Below, in pieces: positions 7,814-17,667 of a stretch of DNA of 49,391 nucleotides (position 1 is the stretch's first letter; every line of letters starts with the position of its first letter). Made by a program: the position numbers and the translations under genes. The notes beneath the pieces were generated by a model, which made no database searches, was not told where the DNA came from, and was given only the letters and a program-made list of their open reading frames with translations. Source of the DNA: Planctomycetota bacterium (GTDB lineage Bacteria; Planctomycetota; Phycisphaerae; Sedimentisphaerales; UBA12454); the NCBI GenBank assembly GCA_022705345.1, contig JAKJEQ010000001.1:319-49709 (forward strand), given 5' to 3'.

Positions 7814-10020
7814 TATTTTTCCTCCGGTTTATTAACATCGTTTGCATCCGACTCTGACCTCTGAGCTTCCTGCAGATTTACGCGCCCGGTAATGTTATCC
7901 GGCATCAGAAAATCAATGGTCGCACTCTGAGCGTCAATGAAATCCTGTTCGAGCGCGAGCCGCTGGCGAATCTGTTCATATTCGTTAAGACTGCCCGGCC
8001 CGGTTACGTTCATATCCTGCACAACGTAATACGCAAGACGCGGTTCGAAATCGATAATCAAAGGAAGCTGCTGCTGATTTTCCTGAACCTTTTCATAAGT
8101 ATCGAAGAATGTATCAATCAAACCGCAGTATAAAACGCTCTGACTTATGATTTCATCGGCGGCCGGCATCCCCTGCACGCGAACCCTGGTCATTTCGAGA
8201 TCCATTTCTGATATTCTCCTGATGTTGTTCATAGGCTGGGTTTCGAAGGTTTTAGCGTTCGGATCGTTGGCATCTTTCTTGCCGTACTGAGCGTTTATCT
8301 TTTCCAAAGCTGCTTCCCAATTTCCAGCTTTTGCAAGCTGCAGAAATTCATTAGCCGCTTTTTCGGCAACTTCTGTCGCGAGAAGCTTTTTATAGTCTTC
8401 CGCAACAATTTTTTTGAGGACGAATTTTGAATCTTCATCAGTCTTTTCATTGCCAAGGTCAGGAAGATTTTTCTCGTAGCTGAAATCAAGGCTTTCGGGG
8501 GCCTGCGATTTTGCTGCTTCGACAACTCTGACGATAGCAGTAAGTCCGCCGCCCATATCAGAAAGAGGACCGATGCTTACGAACATTCTCGGCGTTGTCG
8601 GTTCGAAGGGACCCAGTTTCGCCGCTTCATCGCCAAGAGCGGGAACTGAAAAGGCAAGTTTCACGAGCCTTGTCGGCATCCTGCTTTGGCCTGCTATCAT
8701 AAGACTGCCAAGAGTCTGGTCCGCCTGGATATCCTGTTCAGTCAGCAGAGAAGTTCTGCCGCTGTAGACATTCACATCGTAAGTTTTGGATATTTCCTGA
8801 GCAACGGCTGTGTAATCGCCTGCCCGTGCTTTGAAATCCTCAATATCGGCTTTCTCAAAATCGAGGGCCTGAATCGTGCCATCCGTTTTCTCAATCGCTT
8901 CGGAGAGAATTTTTGCAGCCATTGCATTGATTTTCCTGTTCTCGAGCATTCGTTTGATCGAATCCGCTACTTCAGCAAAGCTTTTCTGCTTTTTAACCAT
9001 TTCTGAATTGGGGTCATTGGGGTCTTTCGGCACTTCAGTTGTAATCGGAGGTCTTTCAAGGTTCTGGCGATAGTAATCTTCTATCTCTTCGCTGGTCGGA
9101 GCGGGAATATTCTGCTTTATATCGTCAAGCTTGATTATCATATAATCCAGCGCGACTCTTGGCGGCAGCTTATAGCCGAAGCCAACCGGATTTTCCTCTG
9201 AAATCCTGCCCGGCAGAACGTTCTTGAACTGCTCGAACTGTCCCGTAAGCTGTGCGTTTGTCGGCTCGTCGACTTTGTCTGTGAAATCCTGCGCCGGAAA
9301 CTGAACGAAATTGACATCCATGCTCGTCGTTGCTCTTGCGAACATATTTTTGAGCTGGGCCTCAGTTACGTTTTCAGTTTCAGTTGCGACTCTCGAATAT
9401 GTCATAATTGACATCAGGTTGGCGAAGACCTTCAATACCTGGTCTTCAGACATACCGTTAGCCGATGCGATACCGTTGACCAGCGATGCGGCATCTGCCT
9501 GGTTATTTGTTAGCTGAGGAATAATAGACTTAAGAACATCGCCGGCGGTTCTTGGTGAAACGATAACGCCGGATTCGAGCGCCTCGTTTTTGAGAAGATA
9601 ATAAAAGAGTTCTGATCTTCCGCGAGACTGTCTGAAAAATTCATCAATCTTCAATGGGCTTATCAGCATCCTGTTCTGCATAGCGATATTTTTAAGTTCA
9701 TCGCTGATCATCGCCGCTCTTTCAGTTTCCGGAAAGAGAAGCTGACCGAGGAGAATTGAACGGATGTCCTGCTGTGCCAGCAGAAGACGATCCGCCATCA
9801 GGGCATTGAGGATTTTCAGTTCGTTTGCAGCCTGCTGTATGTCCTGGAAAGTGATTTCTTTATCGCCGTTGTAAGTCCACATCGAGGAGTTCTGGCCCGT
9901 TGATCTGGGCCTCGCAAGCTGGTCGAGGACGCTTGGCATAATAAACGCAATCATAATTACTATAACAAATATGGCCATAAGCTTGCCCATATTCTTACGA
10001 ATCCACTTAACCAAATGCAT
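7813..10020 (-). CDS. PpiD/SurA-N-like periplasmic chaperone, membrane anchored
   Basis: 735 aa. The N-terminus MGKLMAIFVIVIMIAFIMPSV is a single TM anchor, as in PpiD, followed by a long periplasmic alpha-rich region. No clear parvulin signature was recognised. Confidence 0.5.
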   Translation of the reverse strand: MHLVKWIRKNMGKLMAIFVIVIMIAFIMPSVLDQLARPRSTGQNSSMWTYNGDKEITFQDIQQAANELKILNALMADRLLLAQQDIRSILLGQLLFPETERAAMISDELKNIAMQNRMLISPLKIDEFFRQSRGRSELFYYLLKNEALESGVIVSPRTAGDVLKSIIPQLTNNQADAASLVNGIASANGMSEDQVLKVFANLMSIMTYSRVATETENVTEAQLKNMFARATTSMDVNFVQFPAQDFTDKVDEPTNAQLTGQFEQFKNVLPGRISEENPVGFGYKLPPRVALDYMIIKLDDIKQNIPAPTSEEIEDYYRQNLERPPITTEVPKDPNDPNSEMVKKQKSFAEVADSIKRMLENRKINAMAAKILSEAIEKTDGTIQALDFEKADIEDFKARAGDYTAVAQEISKTYDVNVYSGRTSLLTEQDIQADQTLGSLMIAGQSRMPTRLVKLAFSVPALGDEAAKLGPFEPTTPRMFVSIGPLSDMGGGLTAIVRVVEAAKSQAPESLDFSYEKNLPDLGNEKTDEDSKFVLKKIVAEDYKKLLATEVAEKAANEFLQLAKAGNWEAALEKINAQYGKKDANDPNAKTFETQPMNNIRRISEMDLEMTRVRVQGMPAADEIISQSVLYCGLIDTFFDTYEKVQENQQQLPLIIDFEPRLAYYVVQDMNVTGPGSLNEYEQIRQRLALEQDFIDAQSATIDFLMPDNITGRVNLQEAQRSESDANDVNKPEEK

Positions 10021-10237
10021 TATCGATCTCCAAAATCAGGGTTCAAGGTAAAGATACAGGGTATATGAGCCAAAATCTCATTGCCCTAAGTTCCTATTTA
10101 CATTTAGAAACGCAAAAGTATAAAGGATTTACAGGTTTTTGCAATAACAAAATATTGAGCTTTTTGAACGCAACTATTTGCAATTTGGATACTTAACGTT
10201 TATGATTAAAATTAACCTTTACATGTTAAACCGGCAT

Positions 10238-10291
10238 TGTAGGGGCAGACCTGTGTGTCTGCCCGGGCGAATACATAGGTTCGCCACTACA
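10238..10291. repeat. REP-like double hairpin, family B
   Basis: GGGGCAGACCTGTGTGTCTGCCC followed by GGGCGAATACATAGGTTCGCC. The same unit occurs at 27889..27942, and the first hairpin alone at 43561..43582. Confidence 0.8.
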
Positions 10292-10336
10292 AATCGAATA
10301 ATAAAGCAAATTTCCATGAAAGGTTACAATAAAATA

Positions 10337-11611
10337 ATGAAATCAGGAAAAGATTTTAATAGAGCGCAAAAATTTATTCCCGGCGGAGTAAATTCACCCG
10401 TTCGGGCGTTCGGCTCGGTCGGACTTAGCCCCGTTTTCATTGAAAAAGGCAAGGATTCGAAGATTTATGATGTCAAGGGCAATGAATTTATCGATTATGT
10501 CTGTTCGTGGGGGCCGCTTATATTGGGGCATTGCCATCCGAAAGTATCGGCGGCGGTAAAAGATGCGGCAAAAAGAGGATCGTCGTTTGGTGCGCCAACG
10601 ATTGCCGAGACCCAGCTTGCGGAGATGATTTGCGGAGCCTTCAAATCGATCGACAAAGTTCGCCTTGTCAGCAGCGGAACTGAGGCCGTGATGACGGCAA
10701 TCAGGCTGGCAAGAGCATTTACCGGCAGAAATTATATCCTGAAAATGGCAGGCTGCTATCACGGCCACAGCGATTCGATGCTTGTAAACGCAGGGTCGGG
10801 GTCGGCGGAATTTTCAAAGCCGTTATGCCCGGGTGTGCCAGAGCAGATTTCTAACCTTACGCTTGTCGCCGAATACAATAATGTAGATTCGGCGGCTAAA
10901 ATTTTTGAAAAATTTAAAAACAAAATCGCTGCTTGTATTATCGAGCCTGTAGCGGCGAATATGGGTGTTGTTTTGCCAAAGCCCGGCTATCTGCAAGCTT
11001 TGCGAAATCTTTGCGATGAGAACAAAGCGATTCTGATATTCGATGAAGTGATTACAGGATTTCGGCTTTGCTATGGCGGCGCACAGAAGATTTTTGGAGT
11101 AAGGCCGGATATTACATGCCTTGGCAAAATCGTCGGAGGCGGACTGCCTTGCGCGGCGGTTGGCGGAAGAGCCAAAATTATGAATATGTTGGCGCCGGTC
11201 GGAGCAGTTTACCAGGCCGGCACGCTTAGCGGCAATCCTTTGGCGACCGCCGCGACAATTGAGACATTGAAAATTTTGAAAAATGGAAAAATTTATTCCA
11301 AACTCGAAGAAAATTCGAAATATCTGGAAAAAGGTATGACTGAGGCGGCGAAAAATTCGAATATTCCTCTCAAAATCAACCGGATCGGTTCGCTGATGAG
11401 CTGTTTTTTTACACAATATAAAGTTCAAAACTTCCAGGATGTGAAAAAAGCAAATGTTAAATTATTTAAGGCATTTTTCGCGGGAATGCTCAAAAGAGGC
11501 GTTTATTTGGCCCCAAGTCCCTTCGAAGCAATGTTCGTTTCGGCCGCTCATTCAAAAAAGGATATTGCAAAAACTATTTTTGCTGCACAAAATACGTTCG
11601 ATAAGATATAA
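10337..11611 (+). CDS. hemL: glutamate-1-semialdehyde 2,1-aminomutase
   Basis: IPGGVNSPVRAF near the N-terminus, with class III aminotransferase features and a PLP-lysine region. The start at 10337 gives about 425 aa, whereas the track start at 10178 reads through the REP element. Confidence 0.93.
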   Translation: MKSGKDFNRAQKFIPGGVNSPVRAFGSVGLSPVFIEKGKDSKIYDVKGNEFIDYVCSWGPLILGHCHPKVSAAVKDAAKRGSSFGAPTIAETQLAEMICGAFKSIDKVRLVSSGTEAVMTAIRLARAFTGRNYILKMAGCYHGHSDSMLVNAGSGSAEFSKPLCPGVPEQISNLTLVAEYNNVDSAAKIFEKFKNKIAACIIEPVAANMGVVLPKPGYLQALRNLCDENKAILIFDEVITGFRLCYGGAQKIFGVRPDITCLGKIVGGGLPCAAVGGRAKIMNMLAPVGAVYQAGTLSGNPLATAATIETLKILKNGKIYSKLEENSKYLEKGMTEAAKNSNIPLKINRIGSLMSCFFTQYKVQNFQDVKKANVKLFKAFFAGMLKRGVYLAPSPFEAMFVSAAHSKKDIAKTIFAAQNTFDKI

Positions 11612-11651
11612 TGCCGATTGATACTTTACTCTATTATATAGGAGAAACGAA

Positions 11652-12392
11652 ATGACCGAAGATGCAAAAAAGCAGGACCAGCTCCTTGAGACCACGGACT
11701 GCCTGGAGGCTATCGGTACGATTAAAAGCTGTAAAAACCTTTTCTTTTTTGTTTGTTTGATTTGTCTGATTGTGCTTCAGGCAAGCTTTTGGCTTTTGGT
11801 TACAAATCACATCGATCTTAATTCCGAAGAGCCGAATGAATCAAAAATCGATCAGGCAATAAAGACTATTTTTATGGGGGCGGCATCTCCGAACTCTGTG
11901 GACTCCAACGATCCGAACGCTAAGCCTGCGGATCCGAATATAAATTGGCAGAAATATTCAGCGAAACTCGCCGAAGCCAAACTCAGTTTCACTAAAATCG
12001 GCTGGGCGATTCGAATCTGCAATTACCTGCTGATTATCAGCTCCGTTATTTACGCTATGTCGCTGCTTTTCGGGATGATGGTTTCGCTTGTAGGAAAGCT
12101 TGGCGGTATAAGTCACATCACAAAGGCCTTCTTCATTTCCCTTCTTTTCATTGTCGTGCTTATGCCGTGGCAGACGCTGTTCAGAAGTGTTGGGATCGGC
12201 ACAATTTTCAAACCGATTGAGCTTTTGTCAAACTGGCAGGTTTATCCCGACGCGAATATATTTTCAAAAGCTTTCTTTTACCTTCGCTTTGTCGGTCTTC
12301 CTGTTGTTTCTATTCTTCTGCTGCTCTGGGCACAGCTTAAAAGCATGAAATGGTCGAAGAACACGCTCAAGCGTTTAGGCATCGTTGCATAA
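11652..12392 (+). CDS. integral membrane protein (hypothetical)
   Basis: 246 aa with several TM helices and a good RBS (AGGAGAAAC). No family recognised. Confidence 0.6.
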   Translation: MTEDAKKQDQLLETTDCLEAIGTIKSCKNLFFFVCLICLIVLQASFWLLVTNHIDLNSEEPNESKIDQAIKTIFMGAASPNSVDSNDPNAKPADPNINWQKYSAKLAEAKLSFTKIGWAIRICNYLLIISSVIYAMSLLFGMMVSLVGKLGGISHITKAFFISLLFIVVLMPWQTLFRSVGIGTIFKPIELLSNWQVYPDANIFSKAFFYLRFVGLPVVSILLLLWAQLKSMKWSKNTLKRLGIVA

Positions 12393-12396
12393 TCTG

Positions 12397-12451
12397 TTCA
12401 CCACGAAGAACAAGAAGAAACGCGAAAAATATATTATATCTTCGAGGTCTT
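12397..12451. repeat. REP-like repeat family D, left part (CACCACGAAGAAC arm plus the 13-bp TCTTCGAGGTCTT)
   Basis: TTCACCACGAAGAACAAGAAG (12397..12417) and TCTTCGAGGTCTT (12439..12451). It pairs with 12888..12908. Confidence 0.6.
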
Positions 12452-12471
12452 ATTAGTTAAAAAGGTTTGAT

Positions 12472-12843
12472 ATGGAATTTGAACCGTTATCAGGAAAACT
12501 AATTGGGTGCGCACTTGAGGTACATAAAAGTTTAGGGCCGGGATTACTTGAATCAACGTATGAAAAATGTCTTTCACATGAACTTACAAATGCCGGGATT
12601 AAACATTTTGTTCAAAAAGAAATTCCAGTTGAATATAAAGGTATAGTGCTTGAATGTGGTTATAGAATTGACATTCTTGTCGAAAACAGCTTGATAGTAG
12701 AATTAAAAAGTGTTGATAAAATATCGCCAATTCATGAAGCACAACTTTTAACATATATGAAGCTCGCCAACATTAAAACGGGCTTAATTATAAATTTTAA
12801 TGTTAAAAGATTAAAGGATGGTATTAAACGGTTTGTATTATAA
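12472..12843 (+). CDS. GxxExxY protein (PD-(D/E)XK nuclease-fold family)
   Basis: 123 aa with [13 protein letters not shown] and the [16 protein letters not shown] core. Confidence 0.88.
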   Translation: MEFEPLSGKLIGCALEVHKSLGPGLLESTYEKCLSHELTNAGIKHFVQKEIPVEYKGIVLECGYRIDILVENSLIVELKSVDKISPIHEAQLLTYMKLANIKTGLIINFNVKRLKDGIKRFVL

Positions 12844-12887
12844 AAGCATTCCAGATTTAAGAACACTAAGAAAAAAATAACTTCTTT

Positions 12888-12908
12888 TCTTCGAGGTCTT
12901 CGTGGTAA
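12888..12908. repeat. REP-like repeat family D, right part
   Basis: TCTTCGAGGTCTT (12888..12900) is an exact direct repeat of 12439..12451. The following CGTGGTAA completes an inverted match to the CACCACGAAGA arm at 12399..12409. Confidence 0.65.
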
Positions 12909-13783
12909 AAAATTTAGCTTTCATAGGAATGGGAATAATGGGCAGGCCGATGGCGTTGAACCTGCTCAAGGCTGGCTTTGCGCTGACTGTTCATTCACGC
13001 ACAAAATCAAAGGCTCAGGACGTACTCGAGGCCGGCGCTTTATGGGCTGAAAGTCCCGCACTGGCCGCGAAAGATAAAGATATTGTTATTACCTGCGTTA
13101 CAGACACGCCGGATGTTAAAAATGTTTTGCTCGGAAAAGAAGGTGTTATCGAATCAGCGCATCCTGGTATGATTTGCGTTGATATGTCAACGATTTCGCC
13201 TTTTGAGACGCAGGAAATGGCGAAAGTTCTTGCGGCAAAAAAAGTTGCACTTATAGATGCTCCAATTAGCGGCGGACAAATCGGCGCGATAGAAGCTAAA
13301 TTATCGATTATGGCAGGCGGAGATAAGGCGGCATTCGAAAAAGTCAGGCCAGTGTTCGAGGCAATGGGAAGGACAATCACATATTGCGGGCCATCGGGCT
13401 TCGGACAAATTACAAAACTTACAAATCAAATCATGGTCGTTCATACCGTTATGAGCATGGCAGAAGGTTTGGCTTTCGCGAAACAGGCAGGTTTAAATCT
13501 GCAAACGACTCTCGACGCGACCGTCGCAGGAGCGGCGGGAAGTCATTCATTGAAAGTGCTCGGTGCTAAAGTTGTAGCCGGCGATTTCAAGCCTGCATTT
13601 ATGATTGATTTGCAGGTCAAGGATTTAAGGCTTGTGCTCGAATATGCTGATAAGATTGGTCAGCCGCTGCCGGGCGTTGCGCTAATAAAAGAATTGTTCA
13701 GCGTTTTACAGGCTCAAGGCCGCGGCCGCGACGGCACACAGTCGCTGTATGATGTAATCAGGCAAATGGCCGCGCAGAAATAG
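12902..13783 (+). CDS. NAD(P)-dependent beta-hydroxyacid dehydrogenase (3-hydroxyisobutyrate / 2-hydroxy-3-oxopropionate reductase family)
   Basis: 293 aa. N-terminal LAFIGMGIMGRPMALNL dinucleotide fold with a family-typical mid and C-terminal region. The GTG start lies inside the family D repeat arm. Confidence 0.88.
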   Translation: MVKNLAFIGMGIMGRPMALNLLKAGFALTVHSRTKSKAQDVLEAGALWAESPALAAKDKDIVITCVTDTPDVKNVLLGKEGVIESAHPGMICVDMSTISPFETQEMAKVLAAKKVALIDAPISGGQIGAIEAKLSIMAGGDKAAFEKVRPVFEAMGRTITYCGPSGFGQITKLTNQIMVVHTVMSMAEGLAFAKQAGLNLQTTLDATVAGAAGSHSLKVLGAKVVAGDFKPAFMIDLQVKDLRLVLEYADKIGQPLPGVALIKELFSVLQAQGRGRDGTQSLYDVIRQMAAQK

Positions 13784-13785
13784 GT

Positions 13786-15339
13786 TTATCTCATCCAATT
13801 TTCTGCAAGTGCCGCAAAATCAATTGTATTTACAATATTATCTCCGGCGATGTTGCCGTTATATGCGTCATACTGAAGCCATTCGTTAAAAAAACTTGCC
13901 AGTTCTGATTTGTGATATGTCCAGCTATCTGCAAAAACATTAAAGTCGAGAAAATTCACAGTGTGCTTATGGTCATAACGATAATAATCATAATCCAATT
14001 TTTTGCAGAGCCATTGAGAAGCTAAAATATACAGGTCTTCTAAATCGACTCCGTCCGGGCAGACTAAATCTCCTTTCGCAAATTCATACCAAAGACGAGG
14101 ATAATCCCTGCCGTCTGCGCACATTCGCCAAATATCATCTGAACCGTTTACCGTTTCTCCGACCAAATCCCACTCTCCATAATAAAAAGTCGAATGTGTA
14201 TTCATTTCTGCTGTGGTTTTGCCGACCGGGAACGTAGAAGAATATCCATAAGCGATTGCGTTAGTCAAACCGCTTGAATTTACATCCCAGAAACACGATG
14301 AGATTGGACCGTCAGTTCTGGCTGCAAAACCGCCTTGATACACTGTTAATCCGCCGTATGCGTAAACCTGGGAGGCTGAATAACACTTTTGGATGTTGCC
14401 TTGCGCATAACCGAATAACCCGCCGGCATGATTACCGCATCCGCCTTTATCAAAAGCAATACTGCAGACTGAACCTCTGCTGCAGCAGTTTTTTATAAAA
14501 CTGTTGTAGCCTTGCATTCCGATAAGTCCTCCCGCATAGACCTCCCCATGATGGAATAAATCAAGCGAGCAGTCGCTGAAACAATTTTCATTCGTACACT
14601 GTACGTTACTTCCAACCAGACCCCCTGCTCCTATGGAAAAATTATATGAACTAAATAAAATCATTGACCCTGTAGTATAACAATTGATGTTGTTGCTGTT
14701 TTCCTGTATTCCGGCAAGTCCGCCGACATAAAAAGAATGTACGTAAAAGTATATATCTTCTATTCCCAAATCTTTGATCGTGGAGCCATTTGTATAGCCA
14801 AACAGACCGACAGAATATATTAAATTCGTATTTTTATTTTCATAAGTTAAATTGCGTATTACATGTTTGTTTCCATCAAAAGTTCCCGTGAATTTAGACG
14901 TTTGATGGCCGATGATATTATACTGAATATCTGTGTATGCTGACATATCGATGTCAGTCATAAGCTTAAAACATTTATTCCAGTGTTCTGTATATAGGCC
15001 GATAGTGTTCATTTGCTCGGCCGTCCATATCTGAAACGGATTGCCTGCGGAACCGTCACCTCCGCCATAATTTGTTCCCAACGAAATGATTACATCTATT
15101 GATGAGCCGGCAGGAAGCCCTGTTCCGGCAGCCGGATTCTGAAGGATTATTTCGTCTTTAGCGACGATGTTATCGAATTCATAAGAAATTGTGCCTGTGA
15201 TTAAGCCTCCGAGAACAAGAGTTTGCTCGGCTTGCGGAAGTGTCATCCCGACAATGTCAGGAATTAATACCCAGGGTGTTGATGCGAAAGTAAATGGTGC
15301 AGCAATTCCGCACAATATGACAATAAGACTCTTCTTCAT
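13786..15339 (-). CDS. secreted GLUG-motif repeat protein with an N-terminal PASTA-like domain and a dockerin-like C-terminus
   Basis: 517 aa. Signal peptide MKKSLIVILCGIAAPFTFA. PASTA-like IPDIVGMTLPQAEQTL...IDVIISLG. Repeated GGLAG/GGLVG/GGLIG/GGLFG ...NCY/NCF motifs (GLUG). C-terminal D/N-rich repeats NGNIAGDNIVNTIDFAALAENW. Confidence 0.65.
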   Translation of the reverse strand: MKKSLIVILCGIAAPFTFASTPWVLIPDIVGMTLPQAEQTLVLGGLITGTISYEFDNIVAKDEIILQNPAAGTGLPAGSSIDVIISLGTNYGGGDGSAGNPFQIWTAEQMNTIGLYTEHWNKCFKLMTDIDMSAYTDIQYNIIGHQTSKFTGTFDGNKHVIRNLTYENKNTNLIYSVGLFGYTNGSTIKDLGIEDIYFYVHSFYVGGLAGIQENSNNINCYTTGSMILFSSYNFSIGAGGLVGSNVQCTNENCFSDCSLDLFHHGEVYAGGLIGMQGYNSFIKNCCSRGSVCSIAFDKGGCGNHAGGLFGYAQGNIQKCYSASQVYAYGGLTVYQGGFAARTDGPISSCFWDVNSSGLTNAIAYGYSSTFPVGKTTAEMNTHSTFYYGEWDLVGETVNGSDDIWRMCADGRDYPRLWYEFAKGDLVCPDGVDLEDLYILASQWLCKKLDYDYYRYDHKHTVNFLDFNVFADSWTYHKSELASFFNEWLQYDAYNGNIAGDNIVNTIDFAALAENWMR

Positions 15340-15391
15340 CTTGCGTCTCCTAAATTATGGCCTCACCATTAATGTCGAGCGATAAAACTGT

Positions 15392-15419
15392 ATTTTACAG
15401 CCATTCAAGCCAATGTCAA
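15392..15419 (-). promoter_or_regulatory. sigma-70-like promoter for the GLUG protein gene
   Basis: The minus strand reads TTGACA, 16 nt, TAAAAT, about 50 nt upstream of the ATG at 15339, with AGGAGA as the RBS. Confidence 0.45.
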
Positions 15420-15455
15420 GCGAAAATAACTCCTTTAAAGACAGCTCCCCTGGTT

Positions 15456-15484
15456 AAAAAAAAAGAGTGCTGTGAGCACTCTTT
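15456..15484 (-). terminator. rho-independent terminator
   Basis: The minus strand reads AAAGAGTGC-TCACA-GCACTCTTT followed by a run of T, 24 nt downstream of the stop at 15508. Confidence 0.7.
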
Positions 15485-15507
15485 AAGTTCTTTTCAAACA
15501 TTTTATA

Positions 15508-16056
15508 TTATAGCTGCCAGCCGTTTGGAGAATGAATACTCGATGGGGCAATTTTGAATTTACGGGCAAGGTTTTCGACCAGTTCTTCTGTTCTGCTGAC
15601 CTGGTAATCTGATGCGCCCTGAGTTTTTTCGCCGACTACGCAAATGCGGATGGTCTTGCTGCTGCCGTACCAGCCTGCCGCCGGGAGAGCTGACCATTGA
15701 TTTAACCATTTTTCGGTTCGCTGAATCTCGCCGTCGAGTCCGCCGAGACTATTGCAGACGAGGAAATGAAAATTTAGGTCGTCAGAGCTTGACAGCCCGG
15801 CAAGTGATGCGATCTGTGCAAGGTCGCCGCCCTTGCTGTTGCTGTAGAAGATTTCAATTCTGTTCCACTTGTCAACTGTCGTCGGCTGACGTGTGATTGT
15901 GACTGATTCTATCGAACCGAGTGATGAATAGCTGGCTAGGCTGAACGCGCCTGCTGATATTGACTGATGATCCAGCGCCATCAGTACCGCTGCGCCTGCC
16001 GTCATGGACACTACCAGGCATACCAGAATTTTCGTTTGTCTCGGTTGACTTGTCAT
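15508..16056 (-). CDS. membrane-anchored Amidase_2/PGRP-like domain protein, probably catalytically degenerate
   Basis: 182 aa with an N-terminal TM segment. The pattern WNRIEIFYS...NFHFLVCNSLGGLDGEIQRTEKW...IRICVVG...Q resembles N-acetylmuramoyl-L-alanine amidase domains, but the zinc-ligand His positions appear to be replaced. Confidence 0.4.
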   Translation of the reverse strand: MTSQPRQTKILVCLVVSMTAGAAVLMALDHQSISAGAFSLASYSSLGSIESVTITRQPTTVDKWNRIEIFYSNSKGGDLAQIASLAGLSSSDDLNFHFLVCNSLGGLDGEIQRTEKWLNQWSALPAAGWYGSSKTIRICVVGEKTQGASDYQVSRTEELVENLARKFKIAPSSIHSPNGWQL

Positions 16057-16390
16057 TTCTTTAATCCATTAGATTTACTCGGACCTTCCGCCTCTGAAGG
16101 AATCGTTTTTTCAGAGGTTATTGGCTTATGGCCAATATATAAGTGCTATCGACAAAAGGGGGAAAAATTTTGAGTAAATTTCGCGAAAAAACTTGCCAAA
16201 CTAAAATTATTTTTTATGCAGCACATTTTTATGCAAACGCAAGAGGCAATCCGGCCTTATCGAGCAAACTCGCCGATTGGAGGATTATTCTGAAAATGCC
16301 TTCTATCTAAGCTAAAACGAATTGAGATTTACTAACTATTATTCTGTTATTTATTGTTGCTGAAAGTAGTAGGGCTTCTGCCGTTGATTT

Positions 16391-17188
16391 TCAATCCTTT
16401 ATGAGACCACAATAAATCAGTGTGAACCTGATAACGTCTTTGCCGTCTTTAACGGCAAAAAGTCTTTCTCCCAGATCAGGCGGATAAGTTTGTTCAGCCT
16501 TTTTTTCTTCAAATGCCGGAGATAGAAAAATGAATTGCCCCCAACGAATAGACACGCTAAAAGATGCTGAATCGAATGGATACTCCCAGCCGCCAATTCT
16601 TTTACTGTCGGTTTTTTGAGGCAACGTCTTATAACTCGGCTCAATTTTCAACCTGCAAGCCTGCCTCAGACCGATAAGTCTTTCTATTTGAAGTTTTAAA
16701 ATAAAAGAACCTTTCGGAAGACCGATGTTTGCGCTTGCATTTTCAGATGTTTGATAGCTGACATCTGACGGTTTTGAAATACCGCCGACCTCCATTATTT
16801 CTGTTGCCCCTTCCTGTGTAAAATACGTTGTCCGTTTGCTCATGCCGGCTTCTGCCTTCGCAAGGCTCGAAGCTATTTTTTGCCAGTCAGTGAAATCTCC
16901 CCCCCCGCAAATTAATCCGTTTGCGTTGAAATTCTGCGGATCGCGAAGATTGATATTCAAATTGTTGACTTCCTGCAATGTTGTATGAACCTGCTGAAAT
17001 TTATCTGCCTTGATTTCAAAAACAAAAACAGACAATCCGACTATCATCTTGTCTGACCGCTGCGGACGACCCTGAGGCATCAAATCTTCAAGCTTTAGTT
17101 GATCCCATTGAGTGTCAGATTGCTGCTTTTCCGAACAACCGGCAAAAAGTGCTATTAATATAACAGGTATAAATTTGAGAATCTTCAT
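16391..17188 (-). CDS. lipoprotein (hypothetical)
   Basis: 265 aa with signal peptide and lipobox LIALFAGC. It lies 76 nt downstream of the PilZ gene on the same strand. Confidence 0.65.
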   Translation of the reverse strand: MKILKFIPVILIALFAGCSEKQQSDTQWDQLKLEDLMPQGRPQRSDKMIVGLSVFVFEIKADKFQQVHTTLQEVNNLNINLRDPQNFNANGLICGGGDFTDWQKIASSLAKAEAGMSKRTTYFTQEGATEIMEVGGISKPSDVSYQTSENASANIGLPKGSFILKLQIERLIGLRQACRLKIEPSYKTLPQKTDSKRIGGWEYPFDSASFSVSIRWGQFIFLSPAFEEKKAEQTYPPDLGERLFAVKDGKDVIRFTLIYCGLIKD

Positions 17189-17264
17189 AGAGATGATAGT
17201 AATGTGAAATACAAAATTTTAAATACAAAATTTAGATTTTTGGCTCTGTCTTTTCTATTTTCTT

Positions 17265-17612
17265 TCAGATTTCGAATTGCGGCCGGGTGCAGAATTGGAA
17301 CGCTATATGCTTTCTGCCTGTTTTTTCGCAAGTTTCGACAATCCTGACGACTTTTCCATACGCGGAAACTTTGCCGCCGAGCAAATCGGTTCTATCTTCT
17401 TCGGGCAGGTCAAGTTCGAGATTAAAAAGGTCGCCTGCCCGGATTTCTTTATGCAGGATACTTTCGGCAAGCAGGCCCTGTGTGCTGATATTCAGCGTAT
17501 TTGCGGTGAAATTATGAAAGTTTTCTGACCCTATTTTTCGGCAGAAAATATCTGTGCGGATATGCAGCCGCCTGTGTTTTCTTCGCTCAGATTCTCCTCC
17601 CATAGCTTCCAT
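17265..17612 (-). CDS. PilZ domain protein (c-di-GMP binding)
   Basis: 115 aa with the RRKHRRLH (RxxxR) and NISTQGL (D/NxSxxG) motifs. Confidence 0.8.
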   Translation of the reverse strand: MEAMGGESERRKHRRLHIRTDIFCRKIGSENFHNFTANTLNISTQGLLAESILHKEIRAGDLFNLELDLPEEDRTDLLGGKVSAYGKVVRIVETCEKTGRKHIAFQFCTRPQFEI

Positions 17613-17667
17613 GCTTTAGAGTTTAGATTTCATATTATTATTACTCAATTTTAACACTATATAGGAC

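Noticed and set aside
10178-10336. N-terminal extension of hemL from the TTG at 10178.
   Set aside because: The extension translates the family B REP hairpins (CRGRPVCLPGRIHRFATT). HemL homology starts at MKSGKDFNRAQKFIPGGVNSPVRAF (10337).
16183-16199. Minus-strand TTGGCAAGTTTTTTCGC upstream of the amidase-like gene, considered as a sigma-54 promoter.
   Set aside because: The -12 element is out of register (TTCGC instead of TTGC at the required spacing). The match is weaker than the one at 17668..17684.
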